Positions 42,285 to 54,549 of a DNA stretch of 64,000 nucleotides are shown here, in pieces. Each line of letters starts with the position of its first letter. Positions within the stretch are counted from its first letter, which is position 1. Position numbers and translations under genes: made by a program. Where the stretch lies: assembly GCA_951406725.2 (NCBI GenBank), contig OX597836.1:32426001-32490000 (forward strand), written 5' to 3'. Source of the DNA: Octopus vulgaris (taxonomy: Eukaryota). The notes below the pieces were generated by a model. That model was not told the DNA's origin. It saw only the letters and a list, made by a program, of their open reading frames with translations, and searched no databases.

Positions 42285-42879
42285 TTTGTTTTCTTCTCAC
42301 TTATTTGTGTCTCTCCTTACTAACCGTCAGCCATTTTGTATTTCTATTGTATGTCTTCATTTGCGCATGCTTATATCTCTATGTGCGTCTATGTATGTTT
42401 ATATGTATGTGTATGTGTGTTTTTGTGTGCATATAAATATATCTATGAATGTAGATATATATATGTATGTATATATGTGTGTGTGTGTGTGTGTATATAT
42501 ATAACAGATGATAGAAACAGAAAATGGAACGTTGCTCACAACGATTATTTCAATGCCTGCTGCATTAATCTCTCATGGTTGCGATACTGTGCAACTGGTT
42601 GTGGAGCATCCCTCAGTGCAGATGTACCTCCCCAGGCGATGTTATGAGGGGTCTCTTGTTAAATAAACTCTGTTTCGATTTTAATACAGCATCATGTTAT
42701 TAGTGACAGTAGGTTTAAGCCGTTAAGCAGGAATAGTAAGAGGCAAATTCCTGTATTAGGAATTCCCAATGTAGACCAAGCAATAATTGTATTAACACCA
42801 TGGATGACATCAGGTAGCTATAAGCAGTGAATTACTACTAGGAACATACCCAATGCTTAAATATTTACTTTTATATATA

Positions 42880-42917
<38 letters not shown>

Positions 42918-42923
<6 letters not shown>

Positions 42924-43123
42924 ATCCAAACAAGAAAGCACAAAAAAACACAACAATGCGAGGACGTGGAACAAATATAGTACTATTGGACGGTCAGGAA
43001 AGAAGGAGGGTTTAATGTTTCGAGCGGAGCTCTTTGTCGGAAACATAGGAGAAGGAAAGATCCAGAGAAGGGAAGAGAGAGGAAAAAAATCGCCAACAGT
43101 ACACACGAGGTCACATTTTGAAA

Positions 43124-43126
<3 letters not shown>
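42918..43126 (-). mobile_element. Second copy of the 11335-11549 element
   Basis: Reverse complement is colinear with 11335-11549 and has (TA)n flanks. Motif GTTT-CCGACAA-A-GAGC-TCC-GCTC-GAAAC-ATTA-AAC. Confidence 0.72.
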
Positions 43127-43169
<43 letters not shown>

Positions 43170-43772
43170 CATCATTCAATGTCCATTGTCAATGCTGGTA
43201 TGGGTTGGACGGTTTGACTGGGGTTGGCATGCTGGAAGGTTGCACCAGACTCCAAGCTGATTTGGCATAGTTTTCTACAGCTGGATGGCCTTCCTAATGC
43301 CAACCAGTCTGAGAGTATAATGGGTGCTTTTACGTGCCATCAGCAATGGTGCTATGTGCGTGACACCAGTATCTGCCATGACTGCAATTTTGCATGGCTT
43401 GATGGGTCTTCTTCTCAAGCACAAGACCTCCTTCAGTCATGAATGACCATGGGATTGCATCTAGGATGTTAACCTCTGAGGCACAAGTCTCAACAAGGTT
43501 GTGTATGGAAGACCAGCAATTACTCATGCATACCAGTCTCCTCTCTCCGTGCCTCTAATATCATCCAAGTGAAAGGATAAAGGCTGATACAGTTTGGCAC
43601 CAGTGGCACCGCAACTCATTTCTACAACTGAATGAACTGGAGCATTGTGAAGTACAGAGTCTTGCTCAAGAACACAACACCCAGTCCAGTCCAGGAATTT
43701 ATATATGTATATGTGGTTGGTAAGCAAGCTACTTACCACACAGTCACTCCTAAACATACATACATACACATA

Positions 43773-43993
43773 TATGAGGGGATGGTGAAAAGTTCTTGGC
43801 TTTAAGGGTATCACGAAAGGCTTCATTGAGGGCCCAATCTTCCGAGTTCTTTTGCAAGGTTTAGAAAAACTGAAGAATTGCTGACAAAAATGTGTGAATC
43901 TGAGAGGGGAATATGCTGGATAAAATCATAATTAATTGATCCTCTTGCATTTTCTTTTACCCAGAGCCAGGAACTTTTCAGCACGCCCTCGTA
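43773..43993 (+). mobile_element. Mariner MITE, copy 3
   Basis: TA-TGAGGGGATGGTGAAAAGTTCTTGGCT ... AGCCAGGAACTTTTCAGCACGCCCTCG-TA inverted termini with TA flanks. Confidence 0.78.
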
Positions 43994-45126
43994 CAGCACA
44001 CATTACATGACACACTCCATACACAACATTCAGAAAATAGCACTACTAGGTACTGCACCACTACAAAGTGCTGTAGTATTGCAAAGCGCTGCACACATAC
44101 TGCATAGAATATTCTCAGTAGAATAGAAAATACAGAAGCGATACTAAAAACACTGCACTCCCTTGGGTATTGAACAGGACTGTGTTCAACAGTACAATGA
44201 AAGTATACAATAAAAGTTTGTGCCTACTGAATGAAAATAATAATAATAATAACAACAACAACAACAACAACAATAATAACGATGAGGAGGAGTAGGAGTA
44301 GGGGAGGGAAGAAGAGGATTATGAGATTATGATGCCAATGGTGGTGATTTATAGTGTGCACAGAGACACAAATTCGAAGTAAAAAGGCACGGTCACGTAC
44401 ATCGAAGCTAATACATATTCGGTTATTATTTTATCATCGACTTCAGACAAGTATGAAATGCATTCATTTTTATCGACCTCAGATGGATAAAAATGCATTT
44501 ATTTTATCGACCTCCAAAGGATGAAAAGCAATTTCTACCAACCCCCATCAGGAACTGAATTAAGAGCATACACAGATAATTATAAATATTCAAAGGGTTT
44601 ATCATTACTCTTTGATATCAAACATTTCATTACTTGCCTTTGCTGTTTAACATATAGATTGATTCTCTATTAACACAGTATAGAGAAAGTGTTCATCTAT
44701 TAATTGGATTTGTGAGAAAATTAGCTGTTTGGTTTTATGATCGGTACAATATATTTTAATACGTAAATGTCAAAACTGCATTTCTGATATCACAACCTTA
44801 TTATTATTAGTTTTGCTTCTACTTTCTGTTTATCGCCAAGTTCATTAGGGTCGTTTATTTTTCCTTACATGAGACTCTGAGTACTTCTCTGTGATGTTTC
44901 TCTTGTCCTTATTAAATCTAAATTCCCCACCACCATCACCACCACACTTGTCATTGGTTGTTGTTATGTAACCACCAGGTCAGTCATCAGTTCTAATTGG
45001 GCACACTTTTACGATCTGAAGCATTGCAGCAGTGACCATCCCACCTCATGTCCTTACGGTCAAGCATAATGTATGCAATGATTATATCATCTGAGTCATT
45101 TTGTAAATATTTGACCAACTTTACAC

Positions 45127-45333
45127 TTTTGCTCTTTTACTTGTTTCAGTCATGTGACTGTGGCCATGTTGGAGCACCGCCTTAAGTCAAGCAAATCGAC
45201 CCCAGGCCTTATTCTTTGTAAGCCTAGTACTTATTCTATCGGTCTCTTTTGCGAACCGCTAAGTTACAGGGACGTAAACACACCAGCATTTTTTGTCAAG
45301 CAATGTTGGGGGGACAAACACAGATACACAAGC

Positions 45334-45368
<35 letters not shown>

Positions 45369-45534
45369 CACATATACGACAGGCTTCCTTCAGTTTCTGT
45401 CTATCAAATCCACTCACAAGGCTTTGGTTGGCCCGAGGCTATAATAGAAGACACTTACCCAAGATGCCACGCAGTGGGACTGAACCCAGAACCATGTGGT
45501 TGGTAAGCAAGCTACTTGCCACACAGCCACTCCT
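45127..45534 (-). mobile_element. SINE family A copy
   Basis: Full length; absent from the paralogous site near 46285. Confidence 0.9.
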
Positions 45535-45897
45535 AACTTCCTTTTGTCCTTCCTCTCTTTCTCCTGCCACCCCCACCATCCCCATCATGGGGGCCCTGAA
45601 AAAGAGTTATATGCACTGACTTTCTTCCACTAAAAAAGGTCATTTACAAAAAACATCATCATCATCATCATCATCTTTTAAAGTCCAGTCCCCATGGGCT
45701 GAATAGTTTGACAGCTTCACCAGACTCCAGTTGTCAGTTTTGGCATGGTTTCTATGGCTGGATGCCCCTCACTGACACTAACCCCTTTACAGAGTGTACT
45801 GAGCACTTTTTATGTGCCACTGGCACATAGATGTCTCAAAGGGCATGTAGTATTCAGTGAGACTTGACTGTTGTTTTTTGCAGGTTGAGCAATAGTA

Positions 45898-46119
45898 AGG
45901 TGGCGAGCTGGCAGAAACGTTAGCACACCAGGCGAAATGCTTACCGTTATTTCGTCTGTCGCTATGTTCTGAGTTCAAATTCCGCCGAGGTCGACTTTGC
46001 CTTTCATCCTTTCGGGGTCGATTAAATAAGTACCAGTTACGCACTGGGGTCGATATAATCGACTTAATCCGTTTGTTTGTCCTCTCTGTGTTTAGCCCCT
46101 TGTGGGTAGTAAAGAAATA
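45898..46119 (+). mobile_element. SINE family B (GGCGGCGAGCTGGCAGAA head; GCCTTTCATCCTTTCGGGGTCGATAAA central domain)
   Basis: A-box and B-box-like head (GAGTTCAAATTC); flanked by the TSD AGGTTGAGCAAT. About 15 copies in the window. Confidence 0.9.
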
Positions 46120-47969
46120 GGTTGAGCAATGGCATAGAGGGTCCTTCTATAAAAGAACTGGAGTTCACTAAATCAGTAAAGCATTCCAGCAGTGACCATT
46201 CCACCTCATGTCTTTTTTTGTCAAACATAATGGATGTAATAATTATATCCTCTAAGTCAATTTTTAGCATTTGAGCCAATTTGAAGATGACTTCCTTCTG
46301 TCCTTCCTCTCCCCCCTCCCACCTTTGGAGAATCCCTTTGTATTCACAATCATACTCTTTTGGTTATTAATCAACATTCATGATGAGAGGTGAGGTTAGG
46401 AATCTAATCAAAGGGATTATATGCACTGCTTTTCTTTCACGAAAAAAGCGTTTCATAGAAAAGAAAATCATCATCTTTTATTGTCCATTCTCTGTGCAGG
46501 CATGAGCTGGACAGTTTGACTGCAGCTGGCAAGCCAGAGAGCTGCACCAGACTCCAATTGTCTGTTTTGGCATGGTTTCTATGGTTTCTATGGCTGGATG
46601 CCCTTCAATGACACCAACCACTTTACAGAGTGTACTGGGTGCTTTTTATTTGGCATTGGCCCTGGTGCTGTTTACATGACACTAACACAAGTACTTTTTA
46701 TGTGGCACTGGCACATAAATGTCTCAGAGAAAATGTAGTATTGAGTGAGATTTGACTCTTATTTTTTGCAGGTTGAGCAATTATATAGAGATTCCTTCTG
46801 TAAAAGAACTGGAGTTAAGCACTGCATTGGGCCAAAGTTTCAATGTTATAAACCAGTCATGCAGGACTTTCTAAATGGCATTCCAATAAACAAATTGCCT
46901 TCAATTTTTTAGTAGTACAACCCACCTATTCATAAGCCATGTCTCATGTGACTGGCATCTAAAAAAAGGTTGCCTCATGCCTGCCATATATATTTAATTC
47001 CCGCCTTTGTGCTTCACTTTGAAATCAAGGCCTACCAATATCGGCTTTAACTAAGACAGTGGTGGGCTAGTGGAATTGTTAGGCACAATGCTTAGCAGCA
47101 TTTTATCGGACTTTACAATCTGGGTTCAAATCTGCCAGAGTCAACTTTGACTTTCATTCTTTCAGAGTTGATGAAGTAAATGCCAGTTAAGCACTGGGGT
47201 TGATTTAATTGACTTAGCCCCTCACTCAAAATTACTGGCCTAATGCCAAAATTTAAAACCAATATTGGCTTTGACTTTTATCCTTTCAAAATCAATAAAA
47301 TAAATATCAGTAAAATGCTAAGAAAAATTGGTATTGTGTTCATTACCCAAATGGAATGTAGCACCAAGATTTTTGAAGAACCTCCCTGATATATACAAGC
47401 ATCATGTTCAAATATGTGTTTCTCAATTAAGTATAACTAAGCATTGAATATTAATTATACTGAAAAATATAAATCTATTTTCATGCATAAATTCATACTT
47501 TTTCATTGCATTGTTCCAATATGTTAAATATTTCATCTTATTTTCCACTTCATTCCATGTATGAGTGAAAAAGAAAACACAGCATCTCAAAATTAATACA
47601 GTAACAAAAGGGTTAAAGCAGTGGTTATTAGCCAGGCTCCATTATGGCTCTTAGGGGGTCTGTATAAGATTTTGTCCTTAAAACTTATGTGCAATGGACT
47701 GGTTATATTTCTACTATGGATTAGTAATAGAGAAGTTCTTCCCCGAGGTGCAGTTTTGGGGAATATGTTTTACAGAAAATCTGAAGTTGCTCCTCATTGT
47801 GCCATTGATATTGTCCAAGTCCTACAGAGATGAGTGTCACTGTTATAACAGATGTTGCCATTAGATGCAAAGAACTGGAACTGTTACTGCAGGGGATCTC
47901 ATCTGATGCTCGACCAATCCCATTAACCCACCCCTCTTGATTAGTACTTTGTTCAATGATACCCTGACG

Positions 47970-48037
47970 CAATCACCTCCTACCTTTTTTTGCACGATGG
48001 ACTGATTTTGTGTAGGACAATTTTTCCACAGACCAGG
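47970..48037 (+). mobile_element. hAT-Charlie (MER1-like) terminal fragment
   Basis: ACCTTTTTTTGCACGATGGACTGATTTTGTGTAGGACAATTTTTCCACAGACC resembles the recalled MER1 5' end (CCTTTTTGGCACCAGGGACCGGTTTCGTGGAAGACAATTTTTCCACGGAC). Confidence 0.55.
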
Positions 48038-48439
48038 AGATTACACACATAACAAAACACAATAAAGTGCATGATATAATTTAATTACAACATATATAAT
48101 GTGCATGTTTCAGTGGTTAAGGTGATGGACTCATGATTGTGAGATCATGGGTTTGATTCCCAGACTGGGCATTTTATTGTGTTCTTGAGCAAAGCACTTC
48201 ATTTCACGTTGCTCTATGATCATTTCACCATCTGACATGTGGCACCCATTGCACCTATACAGGTAATGTCGATTTGATGGAGGGAGTGAGATTATGTCTA
48301 CACAAATATTTGATCACTATAAACAAATCATCTGTGTGGTTGTTCAGCAAGAAATATGTCATGTAACGATGGGAGAGTCTATCATATATATAATGCAGAA
48401 ACAACCTGCAAACTGCAATAGTCAGTAAAATAGAAATAA

Positions 48440-48600
48440 CAGCAAGGTGCCTGATATCTTGGTCCTTTGTCAGCCCCCTCGTAAGGTTCGGTTTCCTGAG
48501 GTCGTCCTTCAGTATTTCATCCCATGTCTTCCTGGGTCTCCTTCTACCATGAGCTTCATCCACTTTGAGTGATTAGCACTTCTTTATGGAGTTATGGAGA
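48440..48600 (-). mobile_element. RTE-clade LINE ORF 3'-end fragment
   Basis: GRRRPRKTWDEILKDDLRKPNLTRGLTKDQDIRHLAV matches the RTE C-terminal GRP..TW.D....DL......DR..W motif. Confidence 0.7.
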
Positions 48601-49186
48601 TAGTCCAACAACAAAAAAGAGCATTTTCTTTCAACTAAGCTGAGAAAAAAATGAGAGAGAGAGAATGCTAGCATGAATGAATAAAGATATGATTTTTGTT
48701 AAAATAGAACTTAGAGGAAAGAAAATATGCGAAAGAGAGACAGAAGGATAGATAAAAAGAGTGGTGGGGAAGAAATAGTAAGAGTCAATGAGTGCAGATA
48801 AGAGAAAGGGAGAAAGACAGAAAAGAGAGGAAAGAAAGAGATATGCATTTGTGTCGTTTGAGAGCTTTTGTGAGTGTATGTTTTTCTGGGTTTTTCTTCT
48901 TTTGTTTAGTTGTTTTTGCTAAGTGCTGAGTAAATTTTTTTAAAATTTAATCTTTTATCTTTTGCTTATTTCGGTCACTGAACTGTGGCCATCTACAGTA
49001 ACACCTTCAAGGGTTTATGCAAACAAATTGGCATTGACACCAGCACTTCATTTTTTAATCTTTTTTTTTTTGTTTTTATCTGTCAGTCTATTGGATTCTT
49101 TTGTCGATCTGCTAAGTTACACGGATGTAAACAAACCAACACCAGTTTCAAACAGTGAGGGGGAACAAACACAGACACAAATACAT

Positions 49187-49222
<36 letters not shown>

Positions 49223-49365
49223 GCACTCACACTCACGCACACACATACACACCATGCACATACACGCACACATGAATGCGTGTATACATATATATTTCTG
49301 TGAATGTGTGTATCAGGACTGTATTTGACTGAATTACAATGAAAGTTTCTTTCTGCTTTTTACAG

Positions 49366-49465
49366 ACTTATTGGCACTTTTCGTATCATTCTTCAAGAAT
49401 TAATCGAAGTTGGTCACATCGAGGTATCAGACACACTTCTTGACAGTAATAATGTAGCTATGAAG
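49366..49465 (+). CDS. OTOF: Otoferlin-like ferlin, exon 4 equivalent (C2A domain)
   Basis: Flanked by tttttacAG and GTaagt; 100 nt, phase 2 to 0. Encodes LIGTFRIILQELIEVGHIEVSDTLLDSNNVAMK, compared with recalled human [33 protein letters not shown]. Confidence 0.94.
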
Positions 49466-50023
49466 GTAAGTTAAAAAACAACGCAAGTTTTTAATCGCTC
49501 AAATCCTTCTCCTCCTCCTGTCTTATGTTCTCACTTCTGATCACACGATATGCTTTTTGGATCGGTTGCTATTTTGACCAATTTTCATTCCCATTCAAAA
49601 TTGAAAAAAATTTAACTATTATGGGTTCAAATTCCGCCAAGGTCTACTTTGCCTTTTATCCTTTCAGGGTCGATAAATTAAGTACCAGTTACGCACTGAG
49701 GTCGATGTAATCGACTTAATCTGTTTGTCTGTCCTTGTTTGTCCCCTCTGTGTTTAGCCCCTTGTGGGTAGCAAAGAAATATAATTATTATTATTATTAT
49801 TATCATCATCATCATTATCATTATTTAATGTCCACTTTTCTGTGCTTGTTGTATTGGACAGAAGTTGTTGAGATGAAATTTTCTCATGTCAGAGAAAATG
49901 TTCTTCATAATGTTCTCCATGGCCAAATGTGTTACAACAATCATATGATGTTACAGAGGCAGTAACACACACTCACACATGTTCACACACAATTCAGACC
50001 ACACGTATACAAACATACAAGTA

Positions 50024-50067
<44 letters not shown>

Positions 50068-50153
50068 ACAAAGGAGCATATTTAGCTTATTTTGCTTTAT
50101 GAGTTCAATAAAGGCAACAATGCAATGGAAAGTGCGTGGAATATTAATGCAGT

Positions 50154-51465
50154 ATATGGGGATCAGACAATAAGCATAAGCCAGTGTCAATGGTGGTGTC
50201 AGAAATTCTGAGCATATGGGGATCAGACAATAAGCATAAGCCAGTGTCAATGGTGGTGCCAGAAATTCTGAGCATATGGGGATCAGACAATAAGCATAAG
50301 CCAGTGTCAATAGTGGTGCCAGAAATTCTGAGCATATGGGGACCAGACAATAAGCATAAGCCAGTGTCAATGGTGGTGTCAGAAATTCTGAGCATATGGG
50401 GATCAGACAATAAGCATAAGCCAGTGTCAATGGTGGTGCCAGAAATTCTGAGCATATGGGGATCAGACAATAAGCATAAGCCAGTGTCAATAGTGGTGCC
50501 AGAAATTCTGAGCATATGGGGACCAGACAATAAGCATAAGCCAGTGTCAATGGTGGTGTCAGAAATTCTGAGCATATGGGGATCAGACAATAAGCATAAG
50601 CCAGTGTCAATGGTGATGCCAGAAATTCTGAGCATATGGGGATCAGACAATAAGCATAAGCCAGTGTCAATGGTGATGCCAGAAATTCTGAGCATATGGG
50701 GATCAGACAATAAGCATAAGCCAGTGTCAATAGTGGTGCCAGAAATTCTGAGCATATGGGGACCAGACAATAAGCATAAGCCAGTGTCAATGGTGGTGCC
50801 AGAAATTCTGAGCATATGGGGATCAGACAATAAGCATAAGCCAGTGTCAATGGTGATGCCAGAAATTCTGAGCATATGGGGATCAGACAATAAGCTTAAG
50901 CCAGTGTCAATGGTGGTGCCAGAAATTCTGAGCATATGGGGATCAGACAATAAGCATAAGCCAGTGTTAATAGTGGTGCCAGAAATTCTGAGCATATGGG
51001 GATCAGACAATAAGCATAAGCCAGTGTCAATGGTGGTGTCAGAAATTCTGAGCATATGGGGATCAGACAATAAGCATAAGCCAGTGTCAATGGTGGTGCC
51101 AGAAATTCTGAGCATATGGGGATCAGACAATAAGCATAAGCCAGTGTCAATAGTGGTGCCAGAAATTCTGAGCATATGGGGACCAGACAATAAGCATAAG
51201 CCAGTGTCAATGGTGGTGCCAGAAATTCTGAGCATATGGGGATCAGACAATAAGCATAAGCCAGTGTCAGTGGTGGTGCCAGAAATTCTGAGCATATGGG
51301 GACCAGACAATAAGCATAAGCCAGTGTCAATGGTGGTGCCAGAAATTCTGAGCATATGGGGACCAGACAATAAGCATAAGCCAGTGTCAATGGTGGTGCC
51401 AGAAATTCTGAAAAGATCCCAATAAGCATAAGCCAGTGTCAATGGTGGTGCCAGAAATTCTGAGC
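50154..51465. repeat. 60-bp minisatellite, about 21.5 near-identical units, in the intron between exons 4 and 5
   Basis: Unit GATCAGACAATAAGCATAAGCCAGTGTCAATGGTGGTGCCAGAAATTCTGAGCATATGGG; exact 60-nt period with 0-2 substitutions per unit. Confidence 0.98.
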
Positions 51466-51748
51466 TGGAAACTAAAGTCTAGAAGATGAGCCTTGTCCTG
51501 ATGTAGGGTGAATGAAAAGTTTTCTTATGTGTGGGTGGAACACACAGGTCAGGGGCCAGCAGATAGCAATAATACAGTGAGACAGGGCATATGGGTGGAA
51601 CACACAGCTTGGGTGCTAGCGGAGAGCAGCAATACTGTGACATAGGGCCAAGAGGACAGAATTGGGGAGTGGGAGGTAAGCATAGTACATGAAGTGGAAA
51701 TGTGAGGTAGAGAAGAGATGTAGAAACGTAGTTTGGTTTGTTGTGATA

Positions 51749-51980
51749 AGGCGGCGAGCTGGCAGAATCGTTAGCACACTGGGTGAAATGCTTAGCTGTA
51801 TTTCGTCTGCCGTTACGTTCTGAGTTCAAATTCTGCTGAGGTCGACTTTGTCTTTCATCTGTTTGGGGTTGATAAATTAAGTACCAGTTATGCACTGGGG
51901 TCAATGTAATCCACTTAATCCGTTTGTCTGTCCTTGTTTGTCCCCTCTATGTTTAGCCCCTTGTGGGCAATAAAGAAATA
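51749..51980 (+). mobile_element. SINE family B copy with a long TSD
   Basis: AGAAACGTAGTTTGGTTTRTTGTG occurs at 51722-51745 and 51981-52004. Confidence 0.9.
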
Positions 51981-52619
51981 AGAAACGTAGTTTGGTTTAT
52001 TGTGGTAGAGTGTATGAGAAGTTTTTTTTTTATTAAGTGTGGGTGGGACACACAGCGCTTCTAGAACTCAGTTTCACTGACGTGGGCAGGTATTCAGAGA
52101 GAGAGACAGACAGACAGACAGATAGATAGCTGTGTGTGTTTGCGTATGTGTTTGCTCCTTCTCCTCTCATAGCTTGACACCCAGTGTTGATTTATTTACA
52201 TCCCTGTAACTTAACACTTTGACAAAATATACTGATAACATAAGTACCAGGCTTAAAACCCCAAAAAAATAAGTGCTGGAGTCAATTCATTCCAATAAAC
52301 CTTTGCACATGGTCACCCCCACAAGGCTGCAATCCAATAACCAAAACAAGTAGATGATGACGTAAAATAAAAGCTAAAAGCTGTGCTCTTCTGGGTTTTT
52401 TTTCCTCCTTTGGCATTAGTATCATCAGTGTTATGGATTTTTATTCGCTTCTTTCCTTTCCTCATATCCATTAATTCCACATGAATATCTGCATCGGATC
52501 AGCCATTAGGGATTACAGATATTACTTCTATATTTTATGGGAATTTAGTGTTAAGATTTTGCTCAGAATGATTTTTTTTCTAACATTGATTTCTCTCTGC
52601 TGTGTTTTGCATGTATGTT

Positions 52620-52805
52620 AATCTTTTCTACTCCAAACACAAGGCCCCAAATTTAGGGGGAGGGAGCCAGTCGATTAGATTGACCCCAGTAAACAACTGG
52701 TACTTAATTTATCAATCCCAAAAGGATGAAAGACAAAGTCAACTTCGGTGGAATTTGAACTCAGAACATAAAGACAGATGAAATACTGCTAAACATTTCA
52801 CCCAG
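52620..52805 (-). mobile_element. SINE family B copy just upstream of exon 5
   Basis: Reverse complement of the family B body. Confidence 0.85.
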
Positions 52806-52949
52806 TGTGTTCATAAAATAAATAAATAATATTTTTATTTTTTCATGGCTCACATTTAATTCTCTTTATTTATTCTTGATGACCATTTATTTTCTTTTAA
52901 TTAAAACAAGCATTTGTTTGAGTTTATTTTATTTTATTTATTTTTTCAG

Positions 52950-53191
52950 ACTAAAGTTGACTTTGAACTTACCTATAATGCTCCAGATGGTTCTGTTGGT
53001 ATCTGGCAAAAGGGTGGTTTTGAAGATGTCCAAGCTGAGGAAGAAGAAGAAGGTGAAGAGGGTGAGGATGGTAAGCAGTTGATAATCAAGAACCAAAGAC
53101 ATTCCTTACCATCGAGTCCACAGAAATATGGAAAGATGTCAAAGTTTAGTGCTGTTGCTGCTCGAGGTTCTTTTGGTATATCTCCAAGTGG
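52950..53191 (+). CDS. OTOF: Otoferlin-like ferlin, exon 5 equivalent (end of C2A plus acidic linker)
   Basis: Long T-rich tract ending in cAG; donor GG|GTaagt; 242 nt, phase 0 to 2. Begins TKVDFELTYNAPDGSVGIWQKGGFEDVQAEEEEEGEEGED, compared with recalled human [24 protein letters not shown]..EEE. The 3' end is less certain because of an internal GTAAGC at 53071. Confidence 0.88.
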
Positions 53192-53908
53192 GTAAGTACG
53201 AGAGAATGGATCAGGGGGTACAAGGGGAAGAATTTGGGAAACACACACACATGCATACACATACACATGCACACATATATACACATGCCACACACATACA
53301 TACACATGAACACACATACATACAGATGCACACACATATAAACACATGCCCACACACATACATACACATGCACACTCACATACATACATGCACATGCATA
53401 CACAAGAACACACATACATACAGATGCACACAGCATACATACATACACATGCACACATACATACACATGCCCACACATATACTTACACATGCACACACAC
53501 ATACATACATACACATGCACACACACATACATACACATGCACACACACATACATACATACACACACATGCATACGTACATAGACCTGCACACATATACAT
53601 ACAAACACATATACAGACACACACATGCAGACACATGTACACACTCAAATGCACACATACACAAACACATATACATGCAGAAACACACACATACACATGC
53701 GCACATGCATGCACACACCACATATTCATACATATATACATACTGGATAATAAAATGAATGATAAATATGAAAGAATGGATCAGGGGTATCCAGGGGAAG
53801 AATTGTAAGAATTCTTTAAGGTTGTGCCACAGTATGGTAACAATCTAATGACTGAAACAAGTAAAAAATAAAAGATAAAAGATACACATATGCGCACATA
53901 CATGTGCG

Positions 53909-53950
<42 letters not shown>

Positions 53951-54549
53951 TGCACACATGTTTTGGATTCCACAGAGTCTGCAGCTACCAGATTCTAATC
54001 CCAAGCTATTTGTGAACCCTGGTGCTATGATAAGAAGACACTTGACCAAGATATTGCACAGCAAAATCATATGGCTGCAGATCAAACATCTAAACCATGC
54101 AGCTATGCTTTGCACCCTCTGCAAATAAATCCTCTTAAAAGTGTTAGGATTGTCTTAAGCAGATTTCGCAGAAATATGAGTTAATGTTTAATGTAAGTAA
54201 ATAACTAACATCAGTGAATATGAAATTAATCTTTTAAATGTGAGAACATAGAGAATGCAAATGTTGACATTTAACATTAAGCAACACTCGACAAGAAGTG
54301 CAAGCCACTTTTCTGCATGACAATACAAGGTTTATACAAAAATTGTATTGTTTTATCATGGAATTGTTCTATAATAAAATTCTGTTAATTCTGGCATGAA
54401 ATTTCATGTGGTTTTAGTCACGAATGTTTGGCTTTAAGTTGGAATATATGAAAGGGATGGAGATGCTGGATAAGTGGAAAGGAAACTTTTAAATTTGGTA
54501 TAGAATTGTTTGTTTTTTGCCTCTACATTGGCACAGTGATAGATGCATC

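Noticed and set aside
45870-46800. Duplicated acceptor TTTTTTGCAG|GTTGAG as mutually exclusive exons
   Set aside because: It is part of a duplicated repeat-derived segment, one copy is broken by a SINE, there is no donor, and exons 3 and 4 already join without a gap.
50154-51465. CRISPR array, or 413/432-aa repeat proteins
   Set aside because: There are no unique spacers, the units are wholly repeated, no cas genes are present and the context is a eukaryotic intron. The open frames follow from the 60-nt period.
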